Origin: Naegleria gruberi
Lineage: Eukaryota
Assembly (NCBI GenBank): GCA_000004985.1
Contig: GG738876.1
Strand: one strand, 5' to 3'
DNA: 64,000 nucleotides
The notes beneath the pieces were generated by a model, which saw only the letters and a program-made list of their open reading frames with translations, did no database searches and was not told where the DNA came from. Each line of letters starts with the position of its first letter. The stretch's first letter is position 1. The position numbers and the translations under genes are program-made. This document shows positions 1 to 9,991 of the stretch, piece by piece.

Positions 1-138
1 CTCTTTCCTCTCAATAATTTAAAGTCATTATTAAATAAATAATCTAGTTTGTATATATTTACTGTTGTTGTTAATATGAAAGAAGCGTTTCTGTGGCGAA
101 ATTCAACATCTTCAACTGGATTCACTGAGGTTTGATCA

Positions 139-1590
139 TTGTCACTTTTCAATATCTTCCTGAAAAGGGCACAAACTAAAGTTGAAAAAAACAAAATGAC
201 CAATGCCAGTTCTTCCACAACACGAACAACAAGTGCAAGCTACAGACAGCAAAAATTGAAAAGTAAACAAATAGATAATCAACTGTACGGAAATTTATCA
301 GCACAACTTGTCTCCACCAACAACAATCAGCTCCAACTTGAACAATTACAAAAAACAACGAGACCTCTTCGAATATTATTGATGGGACCAAGAAATTGCG
401 GAATTAAAACCTTTCTAATGAATGCTCTTGATATGGAAGCTGATGATTTCATGATTCGAACCATGTTATCAATGTCTCATAGAGTGAATCAAATTTCGAA
501 TAGTAATCTTGCTGGACTTGATGATACAGAACTTACACGTCCATTGACTTTTCAACAAAAGGCAGAGGGTCTCTTTTCAGAGAAGAATAGAAATCTGACG
601 CTCAATGTGTACATGTATATTTGTAGAGGAATCAAAGTTTTTGTAAAATGGGAATGGAAATATTTTGAAAGATTGAAGAGGAAAATTCATGAAAATTATG
701 AACATCATCATTATCATGAGGAACATTTTGATTTGGTTTATAATTGGGAAGGTGACGAAGATGGTAAATTATTGGATGAGTTGATAAATGATTGTCGAGA
801 GCAGAAACAATTGAATTCCAAAATTATTTCAATTTATTCCAAAATTGTGAATTATGGAAAAAAGGAAGTAATGAACGAATTTTACAATTCATTATTAAGA
901 TCGACAAATATTAGATATTTGGATAATATTCAATAGTATGTTTGTCATAAGTTCAAATTTCATTCAAAAAATTTCAGTTTTTTCACACTTGATGCTTTCA
1001 ATAGAATTACTTCCAATGATTACAAGCCACTCAACCAAGATTTGCTCAAATCTCATCATCCAGACGATAAGGGAATTATTTCAATTCGGAGGGATGAGTT
1101 TGAATTTATTGACATTACAGGTCAATTGAATGAAAGAAGAAAGTGGATTCATCAATTTTCCAACTCTATTGATGTTATAATGTTCTTCATTCCAATTTCA
1201 GATTACAATCTAATCAATCCACTGACTGGAATGAATAGACTTGATGAGGCTTTTCATTTATACAATGAAATTCAAACAACGAAACTTTTTGAGAGAGCTG
1301 ACATTTCAATCATGTTAACAAAAATGGATTTGTTTAAAAAGAAACTAGTTTTGGATCCAATTTCGAATTATTTTGAAAAGTTTCAAGCGTCGAATGGAAA
1401 TTTAAAAGAAACTATGGAAGTGATGAGAGGAATATTTAGTCAAAATTTTGGGGAAGATTCGAATTATAGGAGACTGTTTGTGCATCAGGTTGATTTGACT
1501 GATGTGAATGATTTTAAAGTGGTTTATAGAGGAATTTCCAGTTCTCTTCGATTGGGAACTTTCATTTCAATTTTTGCTAGAAGGAGATGA
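139..1590 (+). CDS. Divergent heterotrimeric G-protein alpha-subunit-like protein, two exons (139-935, 978-1590). Intron 936-977 has a GTATGT donor and a TTTCAG acceptor.
   Basis: Exon 2 aligns to the G-alpha switch and G-box region. FFTLDAFNRITSNDYKPLNQDLL matches the conserved stretch before switch I. DITGQLNERRKWIHQF matches the DVGGQRSERKKWIHCF G3 box. LTKMDLF stands in place of the NKKDLF G4 box. VDLTDVNDFKVV matches the G5 TCATDTxNVxFVF. Exon 1 has the LRILLMGPRNCGIKTF P-loop position but with degenerate residues. Splicing restores the frame between the two ORFs in the track. Confidence 0.6.
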
Positions 1591-1613
1591 AACCTTTCGA
1601 ATAATTTACAATT

Positions 1614-3056
1614 TTATTGAGAATTTTGATGTTTCATAACCAAACCATGAATCTTTTTAACTCTCATTTCCTTGAGGAATTCCATCGAAAGTTTGAACCT
1701 GTAATGAGAATCCAACATTACAATTTCAATTTCCTTCTCCAAGAAATCAAACAAATCGTCTGGAAGCGACGAAATTTGACGATTCTTATACAATTCAATT
1801 TGAAACAAAACATCATGTGTGGACTTCTTATCAATATTTACAGATTTAGGGCCATTAACATTCAGGAATTCTTCATATATTTCCTGAGCTAATTGGAATT
1901 TCTTTGCTTCAACAACTTCTAATTCAGTTTCGAGTTCTTGAGTAGTTGAAAGATTTTTCTTTCTCTTGGTTGTTGGTTGACCAACACTGAGAGAAGTATT
2001 GGATTTGGAAGACTGATCAACAACAGAGATGGTGGAAGGAGTTGCGTTATTGGAAACTTCAGATAATTCGAAAGAAACGCTACCTAAACTATTAGAACTT
2101 TCAGTTTCTTCACTCAATGTTTGAACCAATTCAATTTGATATTCACACAATCGCTTGTACTGCTGAACTTTTTCAAGGAATTCAAAGTTTTCAGAGTTAA
2201 ATTCCTTCTTACAATGATTCTTAAAGAGATTTCTCAATCTGTCATTATTCATGGTGTGTGAAATGTCAACTGCTAGTGCTTCTCTTAATTTTTGAACATT
2301 GTTGGAGTCTGATCTAATAGCCAACCCAAAAACAAAGATAATGACTGGAACTGTAACTACAACTGCCAAGCAAATAATTGATAATGAAGTTATGGACATA
2401 GCATTAGTGATTTTTGACACTTGTTCTTGAGAAGCAAGTACATAATCAAGTACAACATCTTGTGCAGTTCTAAAAGTGTTTCTTCTTGCGATATAAGTGG
2501 CGGAAGTAAGCAATCGAACAGCTTCCGTAAAGTTTCCATCTCTAATATTCGAAACAGCTTGAGAATCAGTATCAGTCAAATAATTAACAATTCCCTGCAA
2601 ATTATTTCTATACTGCTGCGAAATACTCTGAGGTATCTTTTGAAGCATATTTTCAGTCAACTCATCATTCACTTTCGAATAATTATTATAATAAGCCAAA
2701 TATCCCTCATTTCCCGAATAGGCAGCCACCAACGTATAAGCTTGAATATAGGCAGTATACGTAGATACCTTCGCTCTAGTAGCCAACAAATCAATATCCT
2801 CATTCATCTGACTATTTTCACTATAAATCAGCAAACCAAGGAGAATGAGGAAAGTAATGGTATTGAGGACCATGGCAACCATTGCAAAGATTTTAATGAA
2901 ATTCAATTCGAGTTTGAAGAAACAGCAGTGGACTGTGAAGGTTTTTGGCTGTTTTTGATGTTTACGAAAGGAATCGTCGAGAGAGGATTGCTGGCGTTTG
3001 AGAGGAGGTGAAGATTCAATGCTTGTTTCGATTGGTTTCTTTGTTTCGTTTTCCAT
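1614..3056 (-). CDS. RGS-domain protein with an N-terminal two-transmembrane sensor-like region
   Basis: The C-terminal half matches the RGS fold. [18 protein letters not shown] matches [41 protein letters not shown] matches [44 protein letters not shown] matches [24 protein letters not shown]. Two hydrophobic helices ([20 protein letters not shown] and [26 protein letters not shown]) flank a predicted extracytoplasmic domain of about 150 aa. Confidence 0.65.
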   Translation of the reverse strand: [480 protein letters not shown]

Positions 3057-3980
3057 TGTGTAAGGTGAGAAGAGATGAATTTGGAGAGAAGTAATGCAAA
3101 TGTGTTGCTTAATTTGTTATTGTTGTTGTGGAGGAGGAGTGAATTTGTTTTTTTCAATGTGGAAATTAATTTTTTAACTTTTTAACATGGAGGTATTAAT
3201 AATATGGTGAGAATGAGGATGAGGATTGTAATTTTGGATTTTATATAATCCGAGGGTCTTTCAACTTACATTCTGGTAATACTTCTCGATATCCTGATAA
3301 AAATCAAAAGATTTAAAAAGTTGACCCCGAGTATCTCTCACACGTATGGAGTCAACTAAGGACTTTCCCAAAATGGATATCAATAACGATGAAAAATTAT
3401 TATACATTCCACATTTGAAAATTGTTGAATTTTATCAGTCTGTTCATTCAGCACGTTTCTTTTATTGTGAAATCCGTTTGTTGACTTTTGGCAGCCAGTT
3501 CTGTAACCAGTATACTTGAGGAGCAGATCATGCACACATAACCATCAAGAATGCAATCTTCGTAGCCGGTGATTATATCCTCAATATTAATAAATGTCAA
3601 GTGCCAATCACAATTTCCAATTCAAGAAAATTACGACAACTAACTTATTTCAAGTATAGAACATGAACATATGGACAGTAAAGTATTGGAGGTAGAATAC
3701 CATACTGTTTAATTTGTACAGCTTTTCATATTAGGACACCTAATTGCTTTTAGTGTAAAACCACATACAATTTCATATCCATAAGTTTCCAACACTTTCA
3801 ACTGTAAATCTTTCAAAAACACATTTGTAAACTGTTTTTTTTACCATCATTCTCCTCTGTTGATTAGTCAAAATCAACTTCACCACATTCACCAATTTCA
3901 TGACAAGTTCCAATCATCACCAACACTCATTGTAATGATGATGAACTATTCTAAAATTTTACAATAATTCAAAAAAAAAA
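3057..3980. promoter_or_regulatory. Divergent intergenic region between the RGS gene (-) and the CTD-heptad protein gene (+). It probably carries a bidirectional promoter.
   Basis: No ORF over 60 aa is present. The region is AT-rich and has an A10 tract immediately upstream of the ATG at 3981. Confidence 0.3.
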
Positions 3981-4970
3981 ATGCAAAATCATACTTCACA
4001 AGTACAGGGTGATTCTTTCTCATTGCCACCTTCTTCATCACCACCACCACCACCACAAGAAGTCTCTACACAACAGCAAACATCGTACTATTCATGGAGT
4101 CCAACTAGTCTTTCAGAAGCTGCCAAACAACAGCAAACAGAGTATTACAGTGGAGGTTCTCCAAGCTATTCACCAACTTCACCGAGCTATTCACCAACTA
4201 CACCCGTCTATGCTCCAACTTCACCAGCATATTCACCAACTTATACTCCAACCTCTCCTTGTTATTCTTATACCTCTCCATATTATAGTACGATTTTTTA
4301 TCTTCCGAGAGAGACAGTGCTGAGTTTTGATTTGGATCAAAGTGTATTGGAAAGGATTGAGAAGGAAACAAGAAATTGGGGAGTGTTGAGGTGGAGAAAT
4401 CCAGAGTTGGGTGAAAGATTTTGGGGACATGTTTATATGAGTGTTGATTCAAAGATTGTGGAAATTATTAGAGAACATTATGGACCGAAGGGATTAATTA
4501 CTAAAGTTAGGGAATTGTTGGGAGAGGTAGGAGAATCGCACTCTACGGTTGAGTATAATGCATTCTTGTTGCCAACACATTTTACTGTAATTGGGAGTAA
4601 GGAGTGGCAACAGGCATTCTTGGGATTGGAGAAGGAGGTTGAGTATTTTACAGTTAAAAATCCTGCAGAAAATGTATTCGAAAGTTCAATTGAGTTTGTG
4701 AATAGTCCATATAAGAGTTATTCAAAATTGTTTAAGGAAGAGAAAATTCAGGAATTGTGCAATTTTACCTATTTTACAAGATCTGGATTTGCAAATTCAC
4801 TTCCCAACGAAATTGTATCCCACATTAAACAATTTCTAATCATTGATCTGAAAGAAAGTGGACGAAAGGTTAAATTCTCAATCACTGGCCAAATTAGTTT
4901 AGTTCCAAGACAGTTTGGAGAAAAGCTTGGTTTCATTCTCCATGTCGATTGTCCAGAAATGAATAATTGA
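3981..4970 (+). CDS. Hypothetical protein with an N-terminal poly-Pro segment and 4-5 degenerate RNA-Pol-II-CTD-like heptads ([31 protein letters not shown])
   Basis: This is a long ORF. The heptad repeats are read directly from the translation. The C-terminal 200 aa are non-repetitive and have no family I recognise. Confidence 0.45.
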   Translation: MQNHTSQVQGDSFSLPPSSSPPPPPQEVSTQQQTSYYSWSPTSLSEAAKQQQTEYYSGGSPSYSPTSPSYSPTTPVYAPTSPAYSPTYTPTSPCYSYTSPYYSTIFYLPRETVLSFDLDQSVLERIEKETRNWGVLRWRNPELGERFWGHVYMSVDSKIVEIIREHYGPKGLITKVRELLGEVGESHSTVEYNAFLLPTHFTVIGSKEWQQAFLGLEKEVEYFTVKNPAENVFESSIEFVNSPYKSYSKLFKEEKIQELCNFTYFTRSGFANSLPNEIVSHIKQFLIIDLKESGRKVKFSITGQISLVPRQFGEKLGFILHVDCPEMNN

Positions 4971-5238
4971 GAGAGAATACGGATTCCAAAGTATGGACTA
5001 TTCCATTCCTTTAGGACTTGATTGGCGTGATTACAAGTATCCTCAATTACCAAAAAAGGTAGTTATTAAGAATTTTTCAAAGAAGAGAACTCGTGACACA
5101 TTTGAAGAATGCAATATTAAATAAAATCTAAAAGCTTTTTAATAATCCATTTTGGTGGAAAACAAAGCAGTATTATTGGAAACTATTTAGAATATTGATG
5201 ATAAATAACACTTGAATAGCAATTTGTAATATTTGAGT

Positions 5239-6048
5239 TTATTCGAAATTTAGATCATCATAACATTCCACAAATTCATCAGAATACCAAAGTGCTCTGA
5301 GAAGAATCTTTCTTGGAAGATTCATCATTTCAGCTTCTTTCAACATTTCCTCAACAATTTGATTCAATTCCAATAGAAATTCTCCCATTCTGTCATAGAG
5401 TGAAGAATTGACTGATAACTCCTCAAGATGATTGGATGCTCTGTTCCAAGCAACTACAGCCTTGTTGAATAATTCATCTTCTTCTCCTACTAAACTGGAA
5501 TAGGTCTGAATAACTTCACTATATTTGTCAAGAACTGATCTTTTGGCCAACTTGAAACTTCCTTTTCTGTTGATGGAATCAATTAATTGGACCAGTTTAG
5601 TTCTGTTTTGTTGAGAATGTTCTGCTGGAGAGTTCAAAACACATTCACAATAATCAATCATAAGTTGGTCAACTGGAAATTCTGGAAGTGGATGCTCTAC
5701 AAAATTGTTGATTTGTTTGTAAACTTGATTTTGTAAAGTGATGAGGGAATAATCTTTTGGAAATAGCTCTTCACTCAAGTCATTTAACATGATGAAATTC
5801 TTTCTCTTCTTTCTACTACTTTCGAATGGTTTAAAAGAAACCTTTGCATTTGGAAAGAGTAATCTAAATGCAAAAGAAATGCTTCCACACACGAAAGGAT
5901 GAGATTCAGGAGAGTGAATCAAATTAATCTGATTAATCTTGGATGGAATCTCCTGCAATGCATATTTAGCAATGTGAAATAATTTGAAACAACTTTCAGA
6001 AATGGTCAACTCTTCACAATTTGGAAACATTTTAGCAATTTGCTTCAT
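5239..6048 (-). CDS. Hypothetical protein. It may be the C-terminal part of the upstream F-box/LRR gene, separated by a frameshift.
   Basis: The 269-aa ORF starts 4 nt before the stop of ORF 6045-6905 in another frame. The overlap of only 4 nt leaves no room for an intron. Confidence 0.35.
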   Translation of the reverse strand: MKQIAKMFPNCEELTISESCFKLFHIAKYALQEIPSKINQINLIHSPESHPFVCGSISFAFRLLFPNAKVSFKPFESSRKKRKNFIMLNDLSEELFPKDYSLITLQNQVYKQINNFVEHPLPEFPVDQLMIDYCECVLNSPAEHSQQNRTKLVQLIDSINRKGSFKLAKRSVLDKYSEVIQTYSSLVGEEDELFNKAVVAWNRASNHLEELSVNSSLYDRMGEFLLELNQIVEEMLKEAEMMNLPRKILLRALWYSDEFVECYDDLNFE

Positions 6049-6905
6049 TCTAACCCCTTGTCCTTGAAATCAAAATCAAAGTCACCAACTGACAATTTCT
6101 TGACACTTGGCAGTATCTTGTCAACTGAACCAAGGTAATCAACTTTCAAGGTACATGGATTGGAATGTACATGTTCAATAGATGGTACACTGATACTTTC
6201 CATATTTTTGGCACAAGGTGGTACTTTGAAATTTTGTTTTTGGTTGAGGAATTTGACATTTCTGAGATTTCCAATACTTGCTTGAACTAATTTACAATCT
6301 TCTTCAGAAATTGGAGAGTTAAAGACGAGTTTTCTATATTGGGATGATTTCATATCCAAGAATTGAACGATCGAATTGAATGGATTGTGTTCTCTTTGGT
6401 AAACATTCTTAAATGAGATGGATGATAAGGTTGGGGTAATTCTGACAGGTTGTCTCTTTGGCAGTTGACTTGTGTCACATTGGCTATTGCTGAAATGCAA
6501 TTTTCTTAAATTGCAATCATGTGGATTGAGAATGGAGAGTAAAATTCTTGGATTAATTTCACATCCTTCAAATTCGAGTTCTGTAAAACGATTGATAAGT
6601 GACACATGCTTTTCCTTCAGCTGATCAACACCTGACAGTATCAGCTTGGCATCCATTGCAAATTTCTTCAATCCCAAATAATTTCCAACACATTCAATAT
6701 CTTTAACTGTACAACAAGTCAATTCTTCCCTTTCTCTCAACATTTTCCTAATATAGGATTGTTGAGAAGTAATTCCATCACATGCTCGATGACACAAACC
6801 AACCATTCTTCTCAACATGATCAAAATTGCATCATTTGGAATGAAACTCAATATTTGACATGCAATTTCTGGAACGAATAGAATAGAATAATTAATAGAA
6901 TGCAT
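6045..6905 (-). CDS. F-box protein with leucine-rich repeats
   Basis: N-terminal EIACQILSFIPNDAILIMLRRM resembles an F-box. Downstream periodicity is LRR-like (LNPHDCNLRKLHFSNSQCD...). Confidence 0.4.
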   Translation of the reverse strand: MHSINYSILFVPEIACQILSFIPNDAILIMLRRMVGLCHRACDGITSQQSYIRKMLREREELTCCTVKDIECVGNYLGLKKFAMDAKLILSGVDQLKEKHVSLINRFTELEFEGCEINPRILLSILNPHDCNLRKLHFSNSQCDTSQLPKRQPVRITPTLSSISFKNVYQREHNPFNSIVQFLDMKSSQYRKLVFNSPISEEDCKLVQASIGNLRNVKFLNQKQNFKVPPCAKNMESISVPSIEHVHSNPCTLKVDYLGSVDKILPSVKKLSVGDFDFDFKDKGLE

Positions 6906-7426
6906 TCTTTTCTAATATTAATAATATATTAATAAATAGCAGTAGATATATTAATAAAGCAGATCACTGATTGTCTGTTTTTTTTGTGATTTGAAAATCG
7001 AGAAAGTTTGCTTGAGCAAGGTATTTAAAAGGATTTTCATTATTTGTTGTGAATTCAAACGTGATGACGCCAATTTATTTTCGGAAGAGCAAATGTTCAC
7101 GTGAACAAAGCAAAACAAGCAAGAGTGGGAAACGTGTGAATTGGCAATGTTTGAAAAACGAGATGGAAATTAGGAATACATATCAATAGAGCTTTCAAAA
7201 ATATTCATTTCTATCAATATTTGACTTTGAAATGAATCATTGGAAGGTACTGTTGATAGTTTTGTTCAAAAAAGAGCAAATTTCAAAAGAAGAAACTTTT
7301 AAGAACTTGGAACTATTTAATGTTACAAGCAGTGAATTCATTGAAAGTAATCTTAAGATTGCCACACGAGATTGTCACCCTAGATACGCCATTTGGCAAT
7401 AAAAAAGAACAAGGAACATTTCCCAT

Positions 7427-8068
7427 ATGAATAAATACCACTTTCGAATAACATTCTTCAACACAACAACAATCAAAAAAAAAATGTACAATCCAATCAT
7501 GCATATCATTCTCAATAAACCAAACACGAATCAAATCTGGACCACCACAAAACTCTACGATCCTCTCTTATTAAAATCCTTGGAATCTTTCAGAGAATTG
7601 ATAATTGCGGAATTTTATAGAGAACAATTTTTACAAGAATCATCATTGAAAGAGTTTGAGATTCTTGTGGTGAAGGTAAAGATGGAAGATGGCAATTACA
7701 AGACATTGAATGATGAATTGGAATGGGAACAATTTGTTCAACAAATTGTAAAGATGGGTCAAACTTTACAATTTCAAGTAAAATTAAAACCTGCTAGAAA
7801 AGTTTACAAAAAGCAATTGAGGGAAATTGAGCAACGTTTGAAGGAATTGGAACATGAAACTCAACTATTGAAATTGAAAAAGAAGATTATAGAGTTGAGT
7901 AAGATTAAATCTGAAGAGAAACCTCAAGATCCAAGAGATACACTATTGGAAAGTATTAGAAATGGAAAGAAACTCAAGAAAACTCCAACTAGCACCAAAA
8001 TTATAACAAATCCAAGAGATTTGTTGATGAATAGCATCAAGCAGCGTTCCAATAATTCTGAAAATTGA
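7427..8068 (+). CDS. WH2-domain, actin-monomer-binding protein with a coiled-coil region
   Basis: C-terminal RDTLLESIRNGKKLKKT matches the WH2 consensus (LLxxIxxGxxLKK). A second weaker WH2 follows (RDLLMNSIKQRS). The central region has a K/E-rich heptad pattern. The true start is probably the internal Met near 7486. Confidence 0.5.
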   Translation: MNKYHFRITFFNTTTIKKKMYNPIMHIILNKPNTNQIWTTTKLYDPLLLKSLESFRELIIAEFYREQFLQESSLKEFEILVVKVKMEDGNYKTLNDELEWEQFVQQIVKMGQTLQFQVKLKPARKVYKKQLREIEQRLKELEHETQLLKLKKKIIELSKIKSEEKPQDPRDTLLESIRNGKKLKKTPTSTKIITNPRDLLMNSIKQRSNNSEN

Positions 8069-8235
8069 AATTTCCATTCATTTTCCTCATTGTAAATATG
8101 TAAATATAAATTCTTTATTATTCGAATCATTGATTTGCAGAAATGTTTCACAAGTTGTGGAGTGTGTGCACATTATCTTATTGAGATACCTTTTTGGTCA
8201 GTTTGTGATTATAATCATCTTGTCGAAAGTCATCA

Positions 8236-9946
8236 ATGTTTAAAAAAATGAAAAAACAAGTTTCGTCCACTTTCTTACTGGTTATTTATTGTATTTTCGC
8301 TGCTTGTTTCTTGCTCAGTTCTGCTGAAGGATTAGTTCCATCCACACAACCATACTTTTTATGGCCTAATCCACAAACAGGAGAAGCAACAGTTTATTTT
8401 AAAAACGGAGGTTCGAAACCAGTCGAAACTTTGTGGGTTGGTTATGCTGCTTGGAAAGATGCCCCACAAGTTAAAAGCAAAATTTCCAATTTGATTTCAA
8501 GAGGAATTGTTCCATTCATGTAGGTTTTGATTAACTTATTTTATTGGAAATATTATTGGAAAGTCAATCTTATCATTTTGGAGATAATGGACTCAGAGGA
8601 CAATTCGAATTAGCTCTTGCTTTTGATAGAGAAATTGCTAGTGCTATTGGAAACTCTTTTGCCATTGTAAATTTGGAACCAGAATGGGATGTTGATGTTG
8701 TTTTGAATTTATTCAAATCTTCTCAAGGAACTCAATCATTATTGAATAGAATTCAAACATTTAAGAGTCTGGCTCCAAATTCAGTGGTTGTGAGTACTCC
8801 AGGATTGTGGAAATCAGCTCAGGACTATTCATTCTTTAGCTCTGTAGATTCCAAATTGAATGCTCGTGCCATGTTGATGCATGTTGTGAATTCTGGAGAT
8901 GCATCATGTGCTAAGAAACAAGATGGATCATTGTGGCCATATGGTGTAAAATCTTTGAGTGAGGGAATTTCAATGGTCAAGAGTAAGATTGATGAAAATT
9001 TGAACAAGATGACACAAGCTTGGGGTGGTTCTTTACCATTTGAGTGGATTTTGAGTGATGTTGGTGTTACTAGTTGTGGATGGGGAGCTGATGGACAAGC
9101 TGCTATTGTTAATGAATTGATTAAGGTGAGTAATTTTTTATATAACAATGAATATTCGAATTATTGAAATATTGTGGAATTATTTATAATATCAGAATTT
9201 GGATTGTTTATATGCTAGTGGATTCCGTGGATTTAATTTGAGAAATTCAGGTCCATCTGATTTATGGGAAAGAGCTATGGGTATCAACAATGAAGGAATG
9301 TTCACATTCACCACAAGTGCAGCAACCATGAATGTTATTAAAACTGGATTGACCAAGGTTAATGCATTCCTTGTCAATGGCCAAAAACCTTCATGCTCTT
9401 CAAATAATGGTGGATCAAATTCTGGTTCAACTTCCTCATACAAGGTCAATGTCATTAGTGGAAGTAATGATTGGTGGACTCAAATTGAAGTTTTGCCAAC
9501 TTCATCTGTTCAAACAGTTGTCTTGAAATGTGGATCTGCATCAACTTCATTGGAAAGACCAGCTTGGTCCCAAACTCAATTTGTCAAAGGACTTTCCGCA
9601 CAATGCCCAATGGGATCAGATATTCAAGTTATTGTCAACTCAAAATATACCTATCCTATCAAGTATACTGTTGGAGCTAGCTCTGCAAATACTCTCAGCG
9701 ATATGCCACCTCTATTCCAAAATTCTCCAACCAAATANNNNNNNNNNNNNNNNNNNNNNNNNNNNNNNNNNNNNNNNNNNNNNNNNNAGTTTGAAGCAAA
9801 TTAGTGAAAATACTTGGGAAGGTGAAATGCAAAATGGTTTTTGCCCAATTGGTGCCAATGTTCAATTGTTTGTAGTGTTGAGAAATGGACATGTTGAAAG
9901 ATATGATATTATTTATGGTTATGATAATGTTGCCAGATTGTATTAA
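8236..9946 (+). CDS. Secreted multi-exon protein, TIM-barrel-hydrolase-like, with a putative C-terminal carbohydrate-binding beta-domain. Exons are 8236-8519, 8564-9125 and 9196 to beyond 9737, then a gap, then up to 9946.
   Basis: A signal peptide is present (MFKKMKKQVSSTFLLVIYCIFAACFLLSSAEG). Intron 8520-8563 has a GTAGGT donor and a GAAAG acceptor. Intron 9126-9196 has a GTGAGT donor and an ATCAG acceptor. Both restore the frame across the track ORFs. An NLEPEW motif is reminiscent of a clan GH-A acid/base residue. The C-terminal W- and G-rich region (DWWTQIEVLPTSS...VVLKCGS) looks like a binding module. The frame across the 9738-9787 N-gap is arbitrary. Confidence 0.4.
9738..9787. other. 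Assembly gap (50 N)
   Basis: A run of N is present in the sequence. Confidence 0.99.
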
Positions 9947-9991
9947 TAAATATCATTAGATTTTTCAATATTCCTTTGATTTGCCAAGTCT

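Noticed and set aside
2421-3011. A 196-aa plus-strand ORF overlapping the RGS gene
   Set aside because: It is antisense to a well-supported RGS coding sequence and its I/S/R-rich composition is typical of AT-rich antisense frames.
9126-9196. Weak similarity of this intron (tattcgaatt) to the 47-nt P450 introner-like element
   Set aside because: Only about 9 nt are shared, which is not beyond chance in AT-rich sequence.
9199-9946. ORF-track proteins containing X runs through the N stretches (also 59948-60462 on the minus strand)
   Set aside because: Reading frames across assembly gaps are arbitrary. Only the flanking segments were used.
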